Positions 27,314 through 36,550 of a stretch of 64,000 nt of DNA are shown here, in pieces. Positions within the stretch are counted from its first letter, which is position 1; every line of letters starts with the position of its first letter. A model generated the notes under the pieces. The model was not told the DNA's origin. It saw nothing but the letters and a program-made list of their open reading frames with translations, and ran no database searches. Origin of the DNA: Myxococcota bacterium (GTDB lineage: Bacteria; Myxococcota_A; UBA9160; SZUA-336); contig CBDFGR010000002.1 in NCBI GenBank assembly GCA_965247115.1, positions 256,001 through 320,000 on the forward strand, written 5' to 3'. A program made the position numbers and the translations under genes.

Positions 27314-28318
27314 ATGGAATCCAATCGCCAGATTGTGATCGCGGAGCTGCCCCGCGGGCCGCTCCAGGAGACTCACTTCGCGCTTCGCGAGGCTGCGCTT
27401 CCGCAGCCGGAGCAGGGAGAGGTCCTGTGCCAGACGCTCGCGCTCTCCATCGACGCAGGTTCGCGGGCCGGCCTGCAGGGCAGCGCGAGCTACGCGGGGC
27501 CGTCTCGCGCCGACGTCGTCATGACCGGAACCGCTGTCTCACGGGTGCTCCGCTCGAACTCGGCCACCCTCGCAGAGGGAGATCTCGTGACCTGTCCCGC
27601 GGGCTGGCAGGCGTACTCCGTCCACCCGGTCGCAGGCGTGAGCCGTGTCGAACCCACGGGTGCACCTTCCCAGTACCTTGGCGTCTTGGGCGGGACCGGA
27701 CTGACTGCGTACTTCGGTCTGCTCGACATCTGCGATCCCCAGCCCGGTGAGACGGTCGTGGTCTCCGCAGCCGCGGGCGCCGTTGGACACGTCGCGGGTC
27801 AGATCGCGCGCATCAAGGGCTGCCGCACCGTCGGGATCGCGGGGAGCGCTGAGAAGTGTGAGCTCCTGACGGAGCACCTCGGCTTCGATGCCGCCCTCAA
27901 CTACAAGGAGGACGACTTCCGCGCGGCGCTCAAAGAAGCGTGTCCCGATGGAATTGATGTGTACTTCGACAATACCGGCGGCGACATTCTGGGCCTGGCG
28001 CTCTTTCGTATGAACGAGCGCGGACGTATCTCGTGCTGCGGCGTCGTGTCGCAGTACGACACTGCCAGCCCGGCGTCTGGACCTCGCGGCGTTCCCGGCC
28101 TGCTCGTGAACAAGCGCCTGCGCATGGAGGGCTTCATCGTCTTCGACTACGAGAAGCGCTACGCAGAGGCTCGGGCCGAGCTCTCCGGCTGGCTCGAGAG
28201 CGGGGAGCTGATCGCGCTGGAAGACGTCTTCGAGGGACTCGAAGCGGCGCCGCGCGCTCTCGTGGACTTGCTGGCCGGCGGGAACGTCGGGAAGCGCGTC
28301 GTGCGCGTCGCCGACTAG
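27314..28318 (+). CDS. NADP-dependent oxidoreductase (prostaglandin reductase-like MDR)
   Basis: GLTAYFGL, VSAAAGAVG, GIDVYFDNTGG, GGNVGKRVV. Confidence 0.93.
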   Translation: MESNRQIVIAELPRGPLQETHFALREAALPQPEQGEVLCQTLALSIDAGSRAGLQGSASYAGPSRADVVMTGTAVSRVLRSNSATLAEGDLVTCPAGWQAYSVHPVAGVSRVEPTGAPSQYLGVLGGTGLTAYFGLLDICDPQPGETVVVSAAAGAVGHVAGQIARIKGCRTVGIAGSAEKCELLTEHLGFDAALNYKEDDFRAALKEACPDGIDVYFDNTGGDILGLALFRMNERGRISCCGVVSQYDTASPASGPRGVPGLLVNKRLRMEGFIVFDYEKRYAEARAELSGWLESGELIALEDVFEGLEAAPRALVDLLAGGNVGKRVVRVAD

Positions 28319-28323
28319 ACGCC

Positions 28324-28851
28324 GTGTCGGAGCCGCAACAGCACTTCGTGATCCGGGAGGCGGAGCCTGCCGAGTTCGCCACGATCGGGGCGCTGACGGT
28401 CGAGACCTACCTCGCGCTCGATGGCATGCCGCCGAGACAGGCCTTGCCGGCGTACTACGCGCAGCTCGAAGACGTCGAGGGTCGCGCAGCCCTGCCCGGC
28501 GTCACGATCCTGACCGCGACCAGCGCCGAGGGCGAGCTGCTCGGCGGCGTGACGTTCGTCCTCGATCTCGCGCACTACGGTGCGCCTATCGCGAGCTATC
28601 CTGATCGGGCCGCGGGCTTCCGCATGCTGGCCGTCTCCTCGACGGCGCAGGGTCGCGGTACGGGGCGTGCGCTCACCCTCGAGTGCCTGCGCCGGGCACG
28701 CGAGGCCCGCAAGCAGCACGTGCTGCTCCACACGACCGCGCTCATGAAGGCAGCGCAACACATCTACACGAAGCTGGGCTTCCGCAGGTTCCCGGAGCTG
28801 GACTTCGCCGCGCGTGGAATCGCGATCGAGGGCTTTCTGCTCGACCTGTAG
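28324..28851 (+). CDS. GNAT acetyltransferase
   Basis: FRMLAVSSTAQGRGTG, YTKLGF. Confidence 0.88.
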   Translation: MSEPQQHFVIREAEPAEFATIGALTVETYLALDGMPPRQALPAYYAQLEDVEGRAALPGVTILTATSAEGELLGGVTFVLDLAHYGAPIASYPDRAAGFRMLAVSSTAQGRGTGRALTLECLRRAREARKQHVLLHTTALMKAAQHIYTKLGFRRFPELDFAARGIAIEGFLLDL

Positions 28852-28897
28852 GCGTCGTCTCTCCTGAGGGGAGCTGCCGCGGCACGTGCGGGAGTGC

Positions 28898-30496
28898 CTA
28901 CGTCTCTCGAACCTGCCTGGCTGAGGCTTCGGCTCGCGCCCCGACCGACCGAGCTGCCCCATCCTGCTCTGCCATGATCTCGGCCTGCACCTCCGCAACC
29001 TTCGCCTCCGTCAGGGGATAGGTCCACAGGAGTGGCATCGCGACGAATTTGAAGACCGCCGGAATAACGGAGTAGAGGCAGGCGAGCATGAATAGAGTGA
29101 ACTCCGAGTTCGTTGTGGCGCCCGGATCCGCCAGCGAGTCAAAGCCAGCAACGACCGCGAGCGTCAGCCCGACCCAGACTCCAAGAGCATAGGCCCCCTT
29201 GCGGATCATCGACCAGATCGAGAAGTAGACCCCGGCTCTCTGCTGGCCGCTGGTCGCCGTGTCGACGTCGATCACGTCCGCCAACATGGCCGAGGGCAGA
29301 GCCGACAGAGCGCCGACGGCAGAGCCCTTCAGAGAGATGATGAGGATGAAGAACAGGAGCTTGCCCGTGTCGATTCCCATGAAGCGGGCCTCGACGACCT
29401 CATACAGGGAAGCGGGCAAGAACGAGAGCAAGCGCGTTATCTCGAACGCGTCGAACCACGCGATAGGCGCTAGGGTGATCAGCGGAACGAAGGACGCCCA
29501 GAACGCGTACCAGCCGATCGCGATCATCGTGGCGCGATGCTTGCCGATCTTGCGGGACAGCTTGATCCACAGCGGAATCGCCGCCAGCTGGCACACGAAG
29601 TACGGCGCGAGGTAGAGACCGTAGAGGTCACCGGCAACGAGCACGTGCTTGACGAAGAAGAAGCTCAGGCTGTTCGTCATCGCGGCGCCGAGGCTCGAGA
29701 ACGCGAAGATGATGATCAGTCGCAGGGCGGGCCCGTTCCTGGCCACGTACTTCAGCCCCTGCCGGATCGGGATGCGTTCCTGCCTGCGCTCGACGACGGG
29801 CCACTCCGGCACCACGATGGTCGCATTCAGCACGACGAGCGGCATGAGCACGCACATGACGCTCACCAGCACAAAGACGGCGTCTGAGGGCTTCGTATAG
29901 CCGAAGAACAGGATGACGGCGGGAGTGAAGGCCGCGAAGAGAGCCCCGCCGACGGTGAAGCCCTCCTTCCAGCTCATGATCACGGTGCGCTCGTTGTAGC
30001 CCCTGGAGAGCTCTGCGCCCCACGCGCTGTAGGGCAGATCCTTGATCGTCGAGCCGAGGTAGACGACGACGATCATCAGGAACATCCACGTGTAGCCACT
30101 GGAGAACGACCAGCCCAGGAACTCGGTTTCCGTGAACTCGATGGGCGGCACGAACAGAAGCCACATCCCGAGCGCGAAGATGGGCGTGCCGAGCAGTACG
30201 AAGGGCTTGCGCCGGCCGATCGGGGTGCGGATCCGGTCCGAGATGAAGCCGATGAGGGGATCCGTCAGGACGTCCGTGAAGCGCGAGAGCACGATGAGAG
30301 TGCCCACCACCAGAAGCGAGAGGCCGAAGCCGTCCGGGTCCGCGTAGATGGCGGGCAGATACACCGCCATGGGCAGGCCGGCGAGTGCCAGTGGGGTGGC
30401 TGGCGCTCCGTACGACGCCATCACGAACTTGCTGAGGGGTCGCCGCTCGCCATCGGAGCGAGGCGCCTGCCCCTCTGGCTGGATCGCTTCGGCCAT
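28898..30496 (-). CDS. MFS transporter (GPH/MelB-like)
   Basis: DVLTDPLIGFISDR, GRRKPF, PYSAWGAELS. Confidence 0.9.
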   Translation of the reverse strand: MAEAIQPEGQAPRSDGERRPLSKFVMASYGAPATPLALAGLPMAVYLPAIYADPDGFGLSLLVVGTLIVLSRFTDVLTDPLIGFISDRIRTPIGRRKPFVLLGTPIFALGMWLLFVPPIEFTETEFLGWSFSSGYTWMFLMIVVVYLGSTIKDLPYSAWGAELSRGYNERTVIMSWKEGFTVGGALFAAFTPAVILFFGYTKPSDAVFVLVSVMCVLMPLVVLNATIVVPEWPVVERRQERIPIRQGLKYVARNGPALRLIIIFAFSSLGAAMTNSLSFFFVKHVLVAGDLYGLYLAPYFVCQLAAIPLWIKLSRKIGKHRATMIAIGWYAFWASFVPLITLAPIAWFDAFEITRLLSFLPASLYEVVEARFMGIDTGKLLFFILIISLKGSAVGALSALPSAMLADVIDVDTATSGQQRAGVYFSIWSMIRKGAYALGVWVGLTLAVVAGFDSLADPGATTNSEFTLFMLACLYSVIPAVFKFVAMPLLWTYPLTEAKVAEVQAEIMAEQDGAARSVGARAEASARQVRET

Positions 30497-30584
30497 CGTC
30501 ACCACTCGTTCGCGGGCCGAGAATACCATGCCGGGCTCGCGCGGTTCCTGGCGGTCGGGCCCTGCCTCTCGCTACTCCAGCGAC

Positions 30585-31841
30585 CTAGCCGCGAGACCCT
30601 CCAGCTTCCCGGAGAGAGACGCCCTCAGCGGGCCGGGAGCGCGAAGTGAGCAGCGCAAAGCCGCAGACCATGGCGCAGACGACCAAGCCAAGGACGGCCA
30701 GGGCCCCGCGCTCGCCAATCGCATCCGCCACAACGCCGATCGGAAGCGCCATCAGGCCGAAGCCGCCAAAGGCGAGCATGGTGAGCGACATGACGCGTCC
30801 AAAGAAGATGGGGTCGGTGCTGCGCACGATCAGGGCCCCGTTGAGCGTCATGAATCCGCCGAAACCGAGACCGACGAAGAACACGGCAAGCGCGGCGACC
30901 TCGTACGACGGGGTCGTGGAGAGTACAACGATGCCGATCCCGAAGAGCAGGCCCATGCACCCGAACAGGACGGTGGCCACTCCGTGGTCCGCGTAGCGCG
31001 CTACCGCAAGGCTCGCTGTCAGGGCCCCGAGTGCGGAGACGAGGGAGAGGAACGCGAACGCCTCGGCTGGCTCACCGAGCTCGTTCTCGAGCAGACCCGG
31101 CATCACGGTGATGTACGGAAAGCCCACCATGATCACCATCACGTAGAGGAGCACGGACAAGCGCAGACGGGGACGATGCAAGACGTAGCGGAGCCCCTCC
31201 ATCACGTCCGCGAGCACTCTCGTCTCTCCAGCATCGGCGCGCATCCTTGAACGGGGGAGCAGCATCAACAGCGCAGAGGAAACGACGTACAGGGCAGCCA
31301 TGGCGCCGTACGCGCCGGCCGGTCCCGAGAAGCTCCAGTACAGAAGCAGGCCAGCGATGCCCGGTCCCAGCACCTGAGAGGCGGTGCTCGCTACCTGCGC
31401 GAGCGCGACCCCGTTGCCTCGCATTCGAGGCGGAACCAGGTCCACGACCAGCGCATGCCTGGCGGGTCCCACGAACGCGAAGCTGACTCCGATCAGGAAC
31501 GACCCGCCTGCCACGAGGGCGATGTGAATCGTATCCGTCGCGAATGCGATTGCGAGCGTCAGAAAGACTGCGGTCGGCACGGTCTGCGCCAACCCGACGA
31601 CTCGCCGCTTGGGCCAGCGGTCCGCGAGCGCGCCGCCCAGCGGACCCAGCGGGAACATGGCGAGTCCCTGCGCGAAGATGACTGCGCCGACCGCGGTGTT
31701 GCTACCGACGAGGTCGAACGCCACCACGCTCTGCACCACCGTCGACATGAAGAACGCGAGGAGCGCGAACGTGGTTCCAATCCAGAGAATCCGATAGTCC
31801 CGGAGTCGGAACGCGGCGAAGGTGGTCTCGAGCCAGGACAA
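30585..31841 (-). CDS. MFS transporter
   Basis: GGALADRWPKRR motif; about 12 hydrophobic segments. Confidence 0.9.
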   Translation of the reverse strand: MSWLETTFAAFRLRDYRILWIGTTFALLAFFMSTVVQSVVAFDLVGSNTAVGAVIFAQGLAMFPLGPLGGALADRWPKRRVVGLAQTVPTAVFLTLAIAFATDTIHIALVAGGSFLIGVSFAFVGPARHALVVDLVPPRMRGNGVALAQVASTASQVLGPGIAGLLLYWSFSGPAGAYGAMAALYVVSSALLMLLPRSRMRADAGETRVLADVMEGLRYVLHRPRLRLSVLLYVMVIMVGFPYITVMPGLLENELGEPAEAFAFLSLVSALGALTASLAVARYADHGVATVLFGCMGLLFGIGIVVLSTTPSYEVAALAVFFVGLGFGGFMTLNGALIVRSTDPIFFGRVMSLTMLAFGGFGLMALPIGVVADAIGERGALAVLGLVVCAMVCGFALLTSRSRPAEGVSLREAGGSRG

Positions 31842-31870
31842 GGCGGGCCAGGATACCCGCTCGAGCGTCC

Positions 31871-32332
31871 TCAGTCTTCCTGCAGGGCGCGAAGGGCCGC
31901 TTGCATTTCTTCCGGTGAGACGTCGCGGGTGTGCTCGTGAAAGCTCCAGAGATGTCCTTCGACGTCGCGGACTTCGTATCGACGATCGCCCCAGAACTGA
32001 TCTTCCGGCTCGGAGATCACGGCGCAGCCGGCCGCCTTCGCGCGCTGGAAGTGGCGATCGATATCGTCCACGTACACGATCAGCGCCTGAGTCGCGCTGC
32101 CGACTCGCTTCGGGCTGCCAATCCCGTGCGCGCCGACGCCGCCCACCATGATGCGACTGTCCACGACATCCAGCTCGGTGAGCACGATGGACCCGTCCGG
32201 GTTCTCGATGCGCTCGTCCTTGCGCTCCGCGAAGCCGAAGGCACGCTCGAGGAAGGTCACGCCGCTGGCCACGTCTTCGTACGCGAGTCTCGCGACGATC
32301 CGCTGGCCCCCTTCTGGCGGGTTCTGCGCCAC
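31871..32332 (-). CDS. VOC/glyoxalase family protein
   Basis: EDQFWGDRRYEVRDVEGHLWSF. Confidence 0.9.
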   Translation of the reverse strand: MAQNPPEGGQRIVARLAYEDVASGVTFLERAFGFAERKDERIENPDGSIVLTELDVVDSRIMVGGVGAHGIGSPKRVGSATQALIVYVDDIDRHFQRAKAAGCAVISEPEDQFWGDRRYEVRDVEGHLWSFHEHTRDVSPEEMQAALRALQED

Positions 32333-32339
32333 GCGGTTC

Positions 32340-33629
32340 TCAGGCCTCGAGCTGGTAGCGGATCGGCATGCGCTTGACACCACCCAGGAAGCTCGAGCGG
32401 ACCCGCTCTACAGGACCTGCCAGCTCGACCGAACCGAGCCTCGGGACCAGCTGGCGGAAGAGCTCGCGCAGCTCGATTCGCGCCAGGTTTGCGCCGAGAC
32501 AGAAGTGCTCGCCAATGCCGAAGCCCAGGTGGGGGTTCGGATCCCGGTCGACACGGAACCGATTCGGGTCCGTGAAGATCTCCTCGTCTCGGTTCGCCGA
32601 GGGATAGAACAGGCAGAGGTGCTCGCCGGCGCGGATCTTCTGACCGCGGATCTCGACGTCCTCAATCGGCGTGCGGCAGAACTGGATCACCGGGGACGTC
32701 CAGCGCACGATCTCCTCCACTGCGGAGTCGATCAACCCTGGGTCGCGCCGAAGCTTCTCGAGCTCTCCCCGGTTCTCGATCAGCGCCAGCAGCCCACCGC
32801 TCGCAGCATTGCGCGTCGTCTCGTTCCCCGCCACCACGAGCAGCAGGAAGTAGGAAAGCAGCTCGAGCGGGGGAAGCGGCTCCCCTTCGACGCGACCTCG
32901 AACGATCACGCTCACCATGTCGTCGCGTGGCTCGGCGAGCCGCTTCTGCCCGAGCTCCGCGAAGTACTTGAACAGGGACTCGCGTGCGCGGCGCACCGTC
33001 TCGAACTGCGTCTCGCCGCCAACCTGATAATCCGGGTCCGCGGAGCCGGCGATCTGGTTCGTCCAGCGGAACATCAGCTCCCAGTCCTCACGCGGGACAC
33101 CCAGCATGTCGGCCAGCACGGAGAGGGTCAGCGGAGCGGTGACCGCATGCACGAAGTCGGCCTCACCCTCGCCTGCCGCCAGCGTATCGAGGAGCTCGCG
33201 CGTGATTCGCTCCACCTCCGCCGTCAGACGTTGGATCGCGCGCGGCGTGAACCAGCTGCTCGATACCTTGCGGTACTTCCCGTGCTCGGGCGGGTCCATG
33301 TTGAGGAGCTGCCGGATGAGACGGGGCTGACCTTCGGGTACGGCGCCCTCGCCCGCCGCCTCCGGAGGGAGCCCGCCTGTCTGGTCGGGGTCGCCGCCTA
33401 CGAGCACCGCGATCCGGGGGCCGTTTCGGAACAGCTTCGGCTGCTTCGAGATCCGCACCACGTCCTCGTACCGGGTCACCGCATAGAAGGGGTTCTGCAC
33501 ACCCTTGTCCAAGTAGAAGATGGGGGCCTCTCGGCGCAGGAGCTCCCAGGCTGCGTGCGGGTAGCCGCTCTCCGCGTAGGTATCCGGTCCGATGATGTCG
33601 ATCTCATCCAGTGTCAGCTTGTTTCCCAC
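32340..33629 (-). CDS. Cytochrome P450
   Basis: AGNETT, EEIVR, FGIGEHFCLG haem motif. Confidence 0.96.
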   Translation of the reverse strand: MGNKLTLDEIDIIGPDTYAESGYPHAAWELLRREAPIFYLDKGVQNPFYAVTRYEDVVRISKQPKLFRNGPRIAVLVGGDPDQTGGLPPEAAGEGAVPEGQPRLIRQLLNMDPPEHGKYRKVSSSWFTPRAIQRLTAEVERITRELLDTLAAGEGEADFVHAVTAPLTLSVLADMLGVPREDWELMFRWTNQIAGSADPDYQVGGETQFETVRRARESLFKYFAELGQKRLAEPRDDMVSVIVRGRVEGEPLPPLELLSYFLLLVVAGNETTRNAASGGLLALIENRGELEKLRRDPGLIDSAVEEIVRWTSPVIQFCRTPIEDVEIRGQKIRAGEHLCLFYPSANRDEEIFTDPNRFRVDRDPNPHLGFGIGEHFCLGANLARIELRELFRQLVPRLGSVELAGPVERVRSSFLGGVKRMPIRYQLEA

Positions 33630-33697
33630 GCCTGCGCTCCGATTGATGAGACACTAGTGTAGCGGGTCGAGCTCATCGCCGGAGTCCTGGACTGAAC

Positions 33698-34099
33698 ATG
33701 ACGATCGGGGGCGGATGTCTGTGTGGTGCGATCCGTTTCGAGGCGAGCGCACCTCCGCGGCGCGTTACCCACTGCCACTGCAGCATGTGCCGCAAGGCCC
33801 TCGGCACGGTCGTGGCCACTTTCGCAACGTTCGAGAGCGACGCCGTCCGCTGGCTCCGGGAGCCCGCCCGCTACGACTCGAGCGAGCGCGGCTGGCGTGG
33901 CTTCTGCTCGACCTGCGGATCGAGCGTCTGCTTCGGCTTCAACCCCCGCCCCGAGCGCATCTACATCGCGCTCGGGATCTTCGACGATCCTGCCGAGTTC
34001 CCAGCTGGCTTCCACGACTACCGCGACGAGAAACTCAGCTGGCTACACATTGACGAAAAGCTCCCCGACGCCAGTACCGCGCGAGATCGAGCCTCCTAA
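33698..34099 (+). CDS. GFA/CENP-V family Zn protein
   Basis: GGCLCG, CHCSMCRK, FCSTCGS. Confidence 0.92.
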   Translation: MTIGGGCLCGAIRFEASAPPRRVTHCHCSMCRKALGTVVATFATFESDAVRWLREPARYDSSERGWRGFCSTCGSSVCFGFNPRPERIYIALGIFDDPAEFPAGFHDYRDEKLSWLHIDEKLPDASTARDRAS

Positions 34100-34284
34100 G
34101 CTAACGGCAGCTCGGTCCCAGGCAGCCGAGGAGTCGAGCGCCATGGGCCAGGCCAGTGGTCCACCGTGTCCACGCTCCCGAGGCTGAACGCAGGACGGGC
34201 TGGCCCACGGCTTGAAGAGGCTCGCGGGTATCCCGGTCGTGTTCTCGGCCTAGACGGGCTGCGGCGCGAGCTCATCACCACGCC

Positions 34285-35373
34285 CTACCCCCGGTCACTC
34301 GGGCGTGTCGACGTCGAACGTCCCCCGGGGGACGTTGTCTTCCCTCGCGAAGCGCGCCATGTGCTCAGAGCCGTAGTCGCCGCATAGTGGTTGTGGCCCC
34401 AGCAGCGGAGCTCGATCTGCTCGATCGAGTGCCGCTTCGACCTGGCCCACGGATCCAGATGGTGGTACTCGAGGAAGTCCCGCGAGGCGCAGCGACGACC
34501 GTTTCGCCCTGCGAACGCACAGCGACCTTCGTCCCGTTCGAAGACCGCCCGCTTGATCTCCGCCGGAATATGCCGAGAAGCCGTTCCGGCCTTCCGCGAC
34601 GCCCCTGATCGAGTTCGAGGTCTCGACGTCAGCGCGAATTTCTTCCGCTTCGTGTCCTCGACCAGCAGGGTGAGAGCTCGATCGAAGATTTCCGAGAGAT
34701 CGCCACAAGGAACCTGGTGGCGGAGCAGTGCCTGCGCCTCCCGAAGCTTGTCGCACAGCGCCTGGCTGGCGGTGAACTGGATCTTGAAGCGCTTGCCGCC
34801 CAACGGGCTCGGGTCAGGATTCTGTGCGCGGCGCGGCACCTGACCCGAGGGAGCGGACCCAAAGCTCCTAGTCCCCGTCCCGGGCGTTGACCCGGCGATC
34901 TCCGAAGGCACACGGCCAGCAGAGACCTGCCTGCGTTCGGGGAGCTGCCTGACTCGTGGCGGCACGTCTGGCTTCGGAGCGCGATCCGCCAGGAGCGCTT
35001 CGATCGCACGCTTGCTCTTGTGGCGCGCCAGATCGAGCAGCTCCTCATGATTCTCCGGGGTGAGCACAGGGGCGAGCAAGCTGAGTCCCGCCACATGGAG
35101 CTCACCCTTGCGAAGCCTCTCGAATACGGCGGGATAGGTACGCGCGGCTCGAGCCGCGTGGATCCTGTGGCGGGCCCTCGCCTCCGAGAAGTGAAGCACC
35201 TCCGTGCAGTAGCAATACATGGACGGGCAGCCCTGTTCGAGATAGAGCCTGCGGTGATCGACCTCCGCAATGTACGCGAGCAACTCCGCCTCGTTGAGAT
35301 GACTCTTCACAACGAGCTCGTCGAGTCCCCGGAGCAGCTTCTGGTCGGAGATTGTCTTGAGAGAAATTTTCAT
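34285..35373 (-). CDS. HNH endonuclease-domain protein with DUF222-like N-terminus; probable frameshift near 34379
   Basis: SRHIPAEIKRAVFERDEGRC...C...LEYHH...CWGHN; expected DYG..HM tail is in another frame. Confidence 0.8.
   Translation of the reverse strand: MKISLKTISDQKLLRGLDELVVKSHLNEAELLAYIAEVDHRRLYLEQGCPSMYCYCTEVLHFSEARARHRIHAARAARTYPAVFERLRKGELHVAGLSLLAPVLTPENHEELLDLARHKSKRAIEALLADRAPKPDVPPRVRQLPERRQVSAGRVPSEIAGSTPGTGTRSFGSAPSGQVPRRAQNPDPSPLGGKRFKIQFTASQALCDKLREAQALLRHQVPCGDLSEIFDRALTLLVEDTKRKKFALTSRPRTRSGASRKAGTASRHIPAEIKRAVFERDEGRCAFAGRNGRRCASRDFLEYHHLDPWARSKRHSIEQIELRCWGHNHYAATTALSTWRASRGKTTSPGGRSTSTRPSDRG
34314..34338. repeat. REP-like palindrome, left
   Basis: Perfect 20-bp palindrome AACGTCCCCCGGGGGACGTT at 34317-34336. 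Confidence 0.9.
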
Positions 35374-35632
35374 GTGATTGTCTTTTGTTTCGGGACCGAG
35401 TAGAGGTGAAGACCGAACAATAGCACGTCGCTTTTCGGTGTCGGAGGATCGCCCACGTGAAGCGATCGAACTCGACCGAGACTCCGGGAACAGAATTCAG
35501 GCGAACGACGTGCAGACGGCAGACACCGCGGCGACGCAGGAACTCCGGGTACGGAACTCGGACCGTTTCGTTTTGGTTCTCGAAACCTGTCAAGGGCTTT
35601 GTTGCACTTTCGGGAAGAAACAGAGACTCGGA

Positions 35633-35657
35633 ACAACTGCCCCCGGGGGCAGTTCGA
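35633..35657. repeat. REP-like palindrome, right
   Basis: Perfect 20-bp palindrome AACTGCCCCCGGGGGCAGTT at 35635-35654. Confidence 0.9.
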
Positions 35658-35690
35658 GCACGAGGGTGGAGCGGACATGACGCCGGGCTG

Positions 35691-36481
35691 TCAGCGACTT
35701 CTCTGCCGTTGCATCGAGTACAGGATCGCGCCGAATATTGCCCAGCCGAGCACCATGGCCCACTCGTAGGGCCACACCAGTGCCGAGGGGCTCCAGGGCA
35801 GATAGATGCAGAAGAGGCCGGTGGACATGAGGAGCGCGATCCAGCCGACGAGCCGTCCATGGCGCAGGCGAAACGGGCGAGGCATGTCGGGCTCGCGGTG
35901 GCGCAGTACCAGGAACGCCAGAGCCACCATGCCGTATGCGATCACGATTGCGAAGCTCCCCGCGTCGATCAGCCACACGAGAATCGTGCGACCGAACAGC
36001 GGGGACACACACGACAGTCCTCCGATCAGCAACACGCCAACGTACGGCGTGCGGTACCTCGGGTGTAGACGCGCAAAGGCCCGCGGCAGCATGCCGGAGT
36101 GCCCGAGCGCATAGAGCACCCGGCTGCCGCCGATGATGAAGGCATTCCAGCTGGACAGGATTCCCCCCAGACCCCCGACGACGAGCAGCTTCCCGGCCCA
36201 GGCTCCGCCCCAGACCAGCGCGGTAGCGTCCGCCGTCGCCATACGGCTCCCCGCCAACGCCGTCGGATTCCTCCGGCCCTCGGCATGGCCGAGGCCAGCT
36301 CTGCATACGCGAGCCCGATGAACACGACCGCGGTACCGCCAATGCCGAACGCGATGACTGTGCCCGCGTTCAGGAGCCATTCCCCTGTGAGCAGGACCCA
36401 GCTCCACCCGATCATCGCGCCAAAGGCGAGCGTCAGGACTTCGCGACGGCGGAGCACGCGAACGAAGTGGGCGTCGGACAT
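35691..36481 (-). pseudogene. APC amino-acid permease with internal deletion and frameshift
   Basis: N-part (AFGAMIGWSW...YAELASAMPRAGG) and C-part (SRVLYALG...LHPRYRTP) are in different frames; ~790 bp, far shorter than a 12-TM APC gene. Confidence 0.85.
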
Positions 36482-36550
36482 TTCGCCGGGGGATGGTATG
36501 ACAGAATGGCCGATCGGATCGCCCTACCTGCCGCCAGCCGGGAGCCTCGA

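Noticed and set aside
34285..35373. IscB/Cas9-like RNA-guided nuclease
   Set aside because: No PLMP or RuvC motifs seen; only a C-terminal HNH
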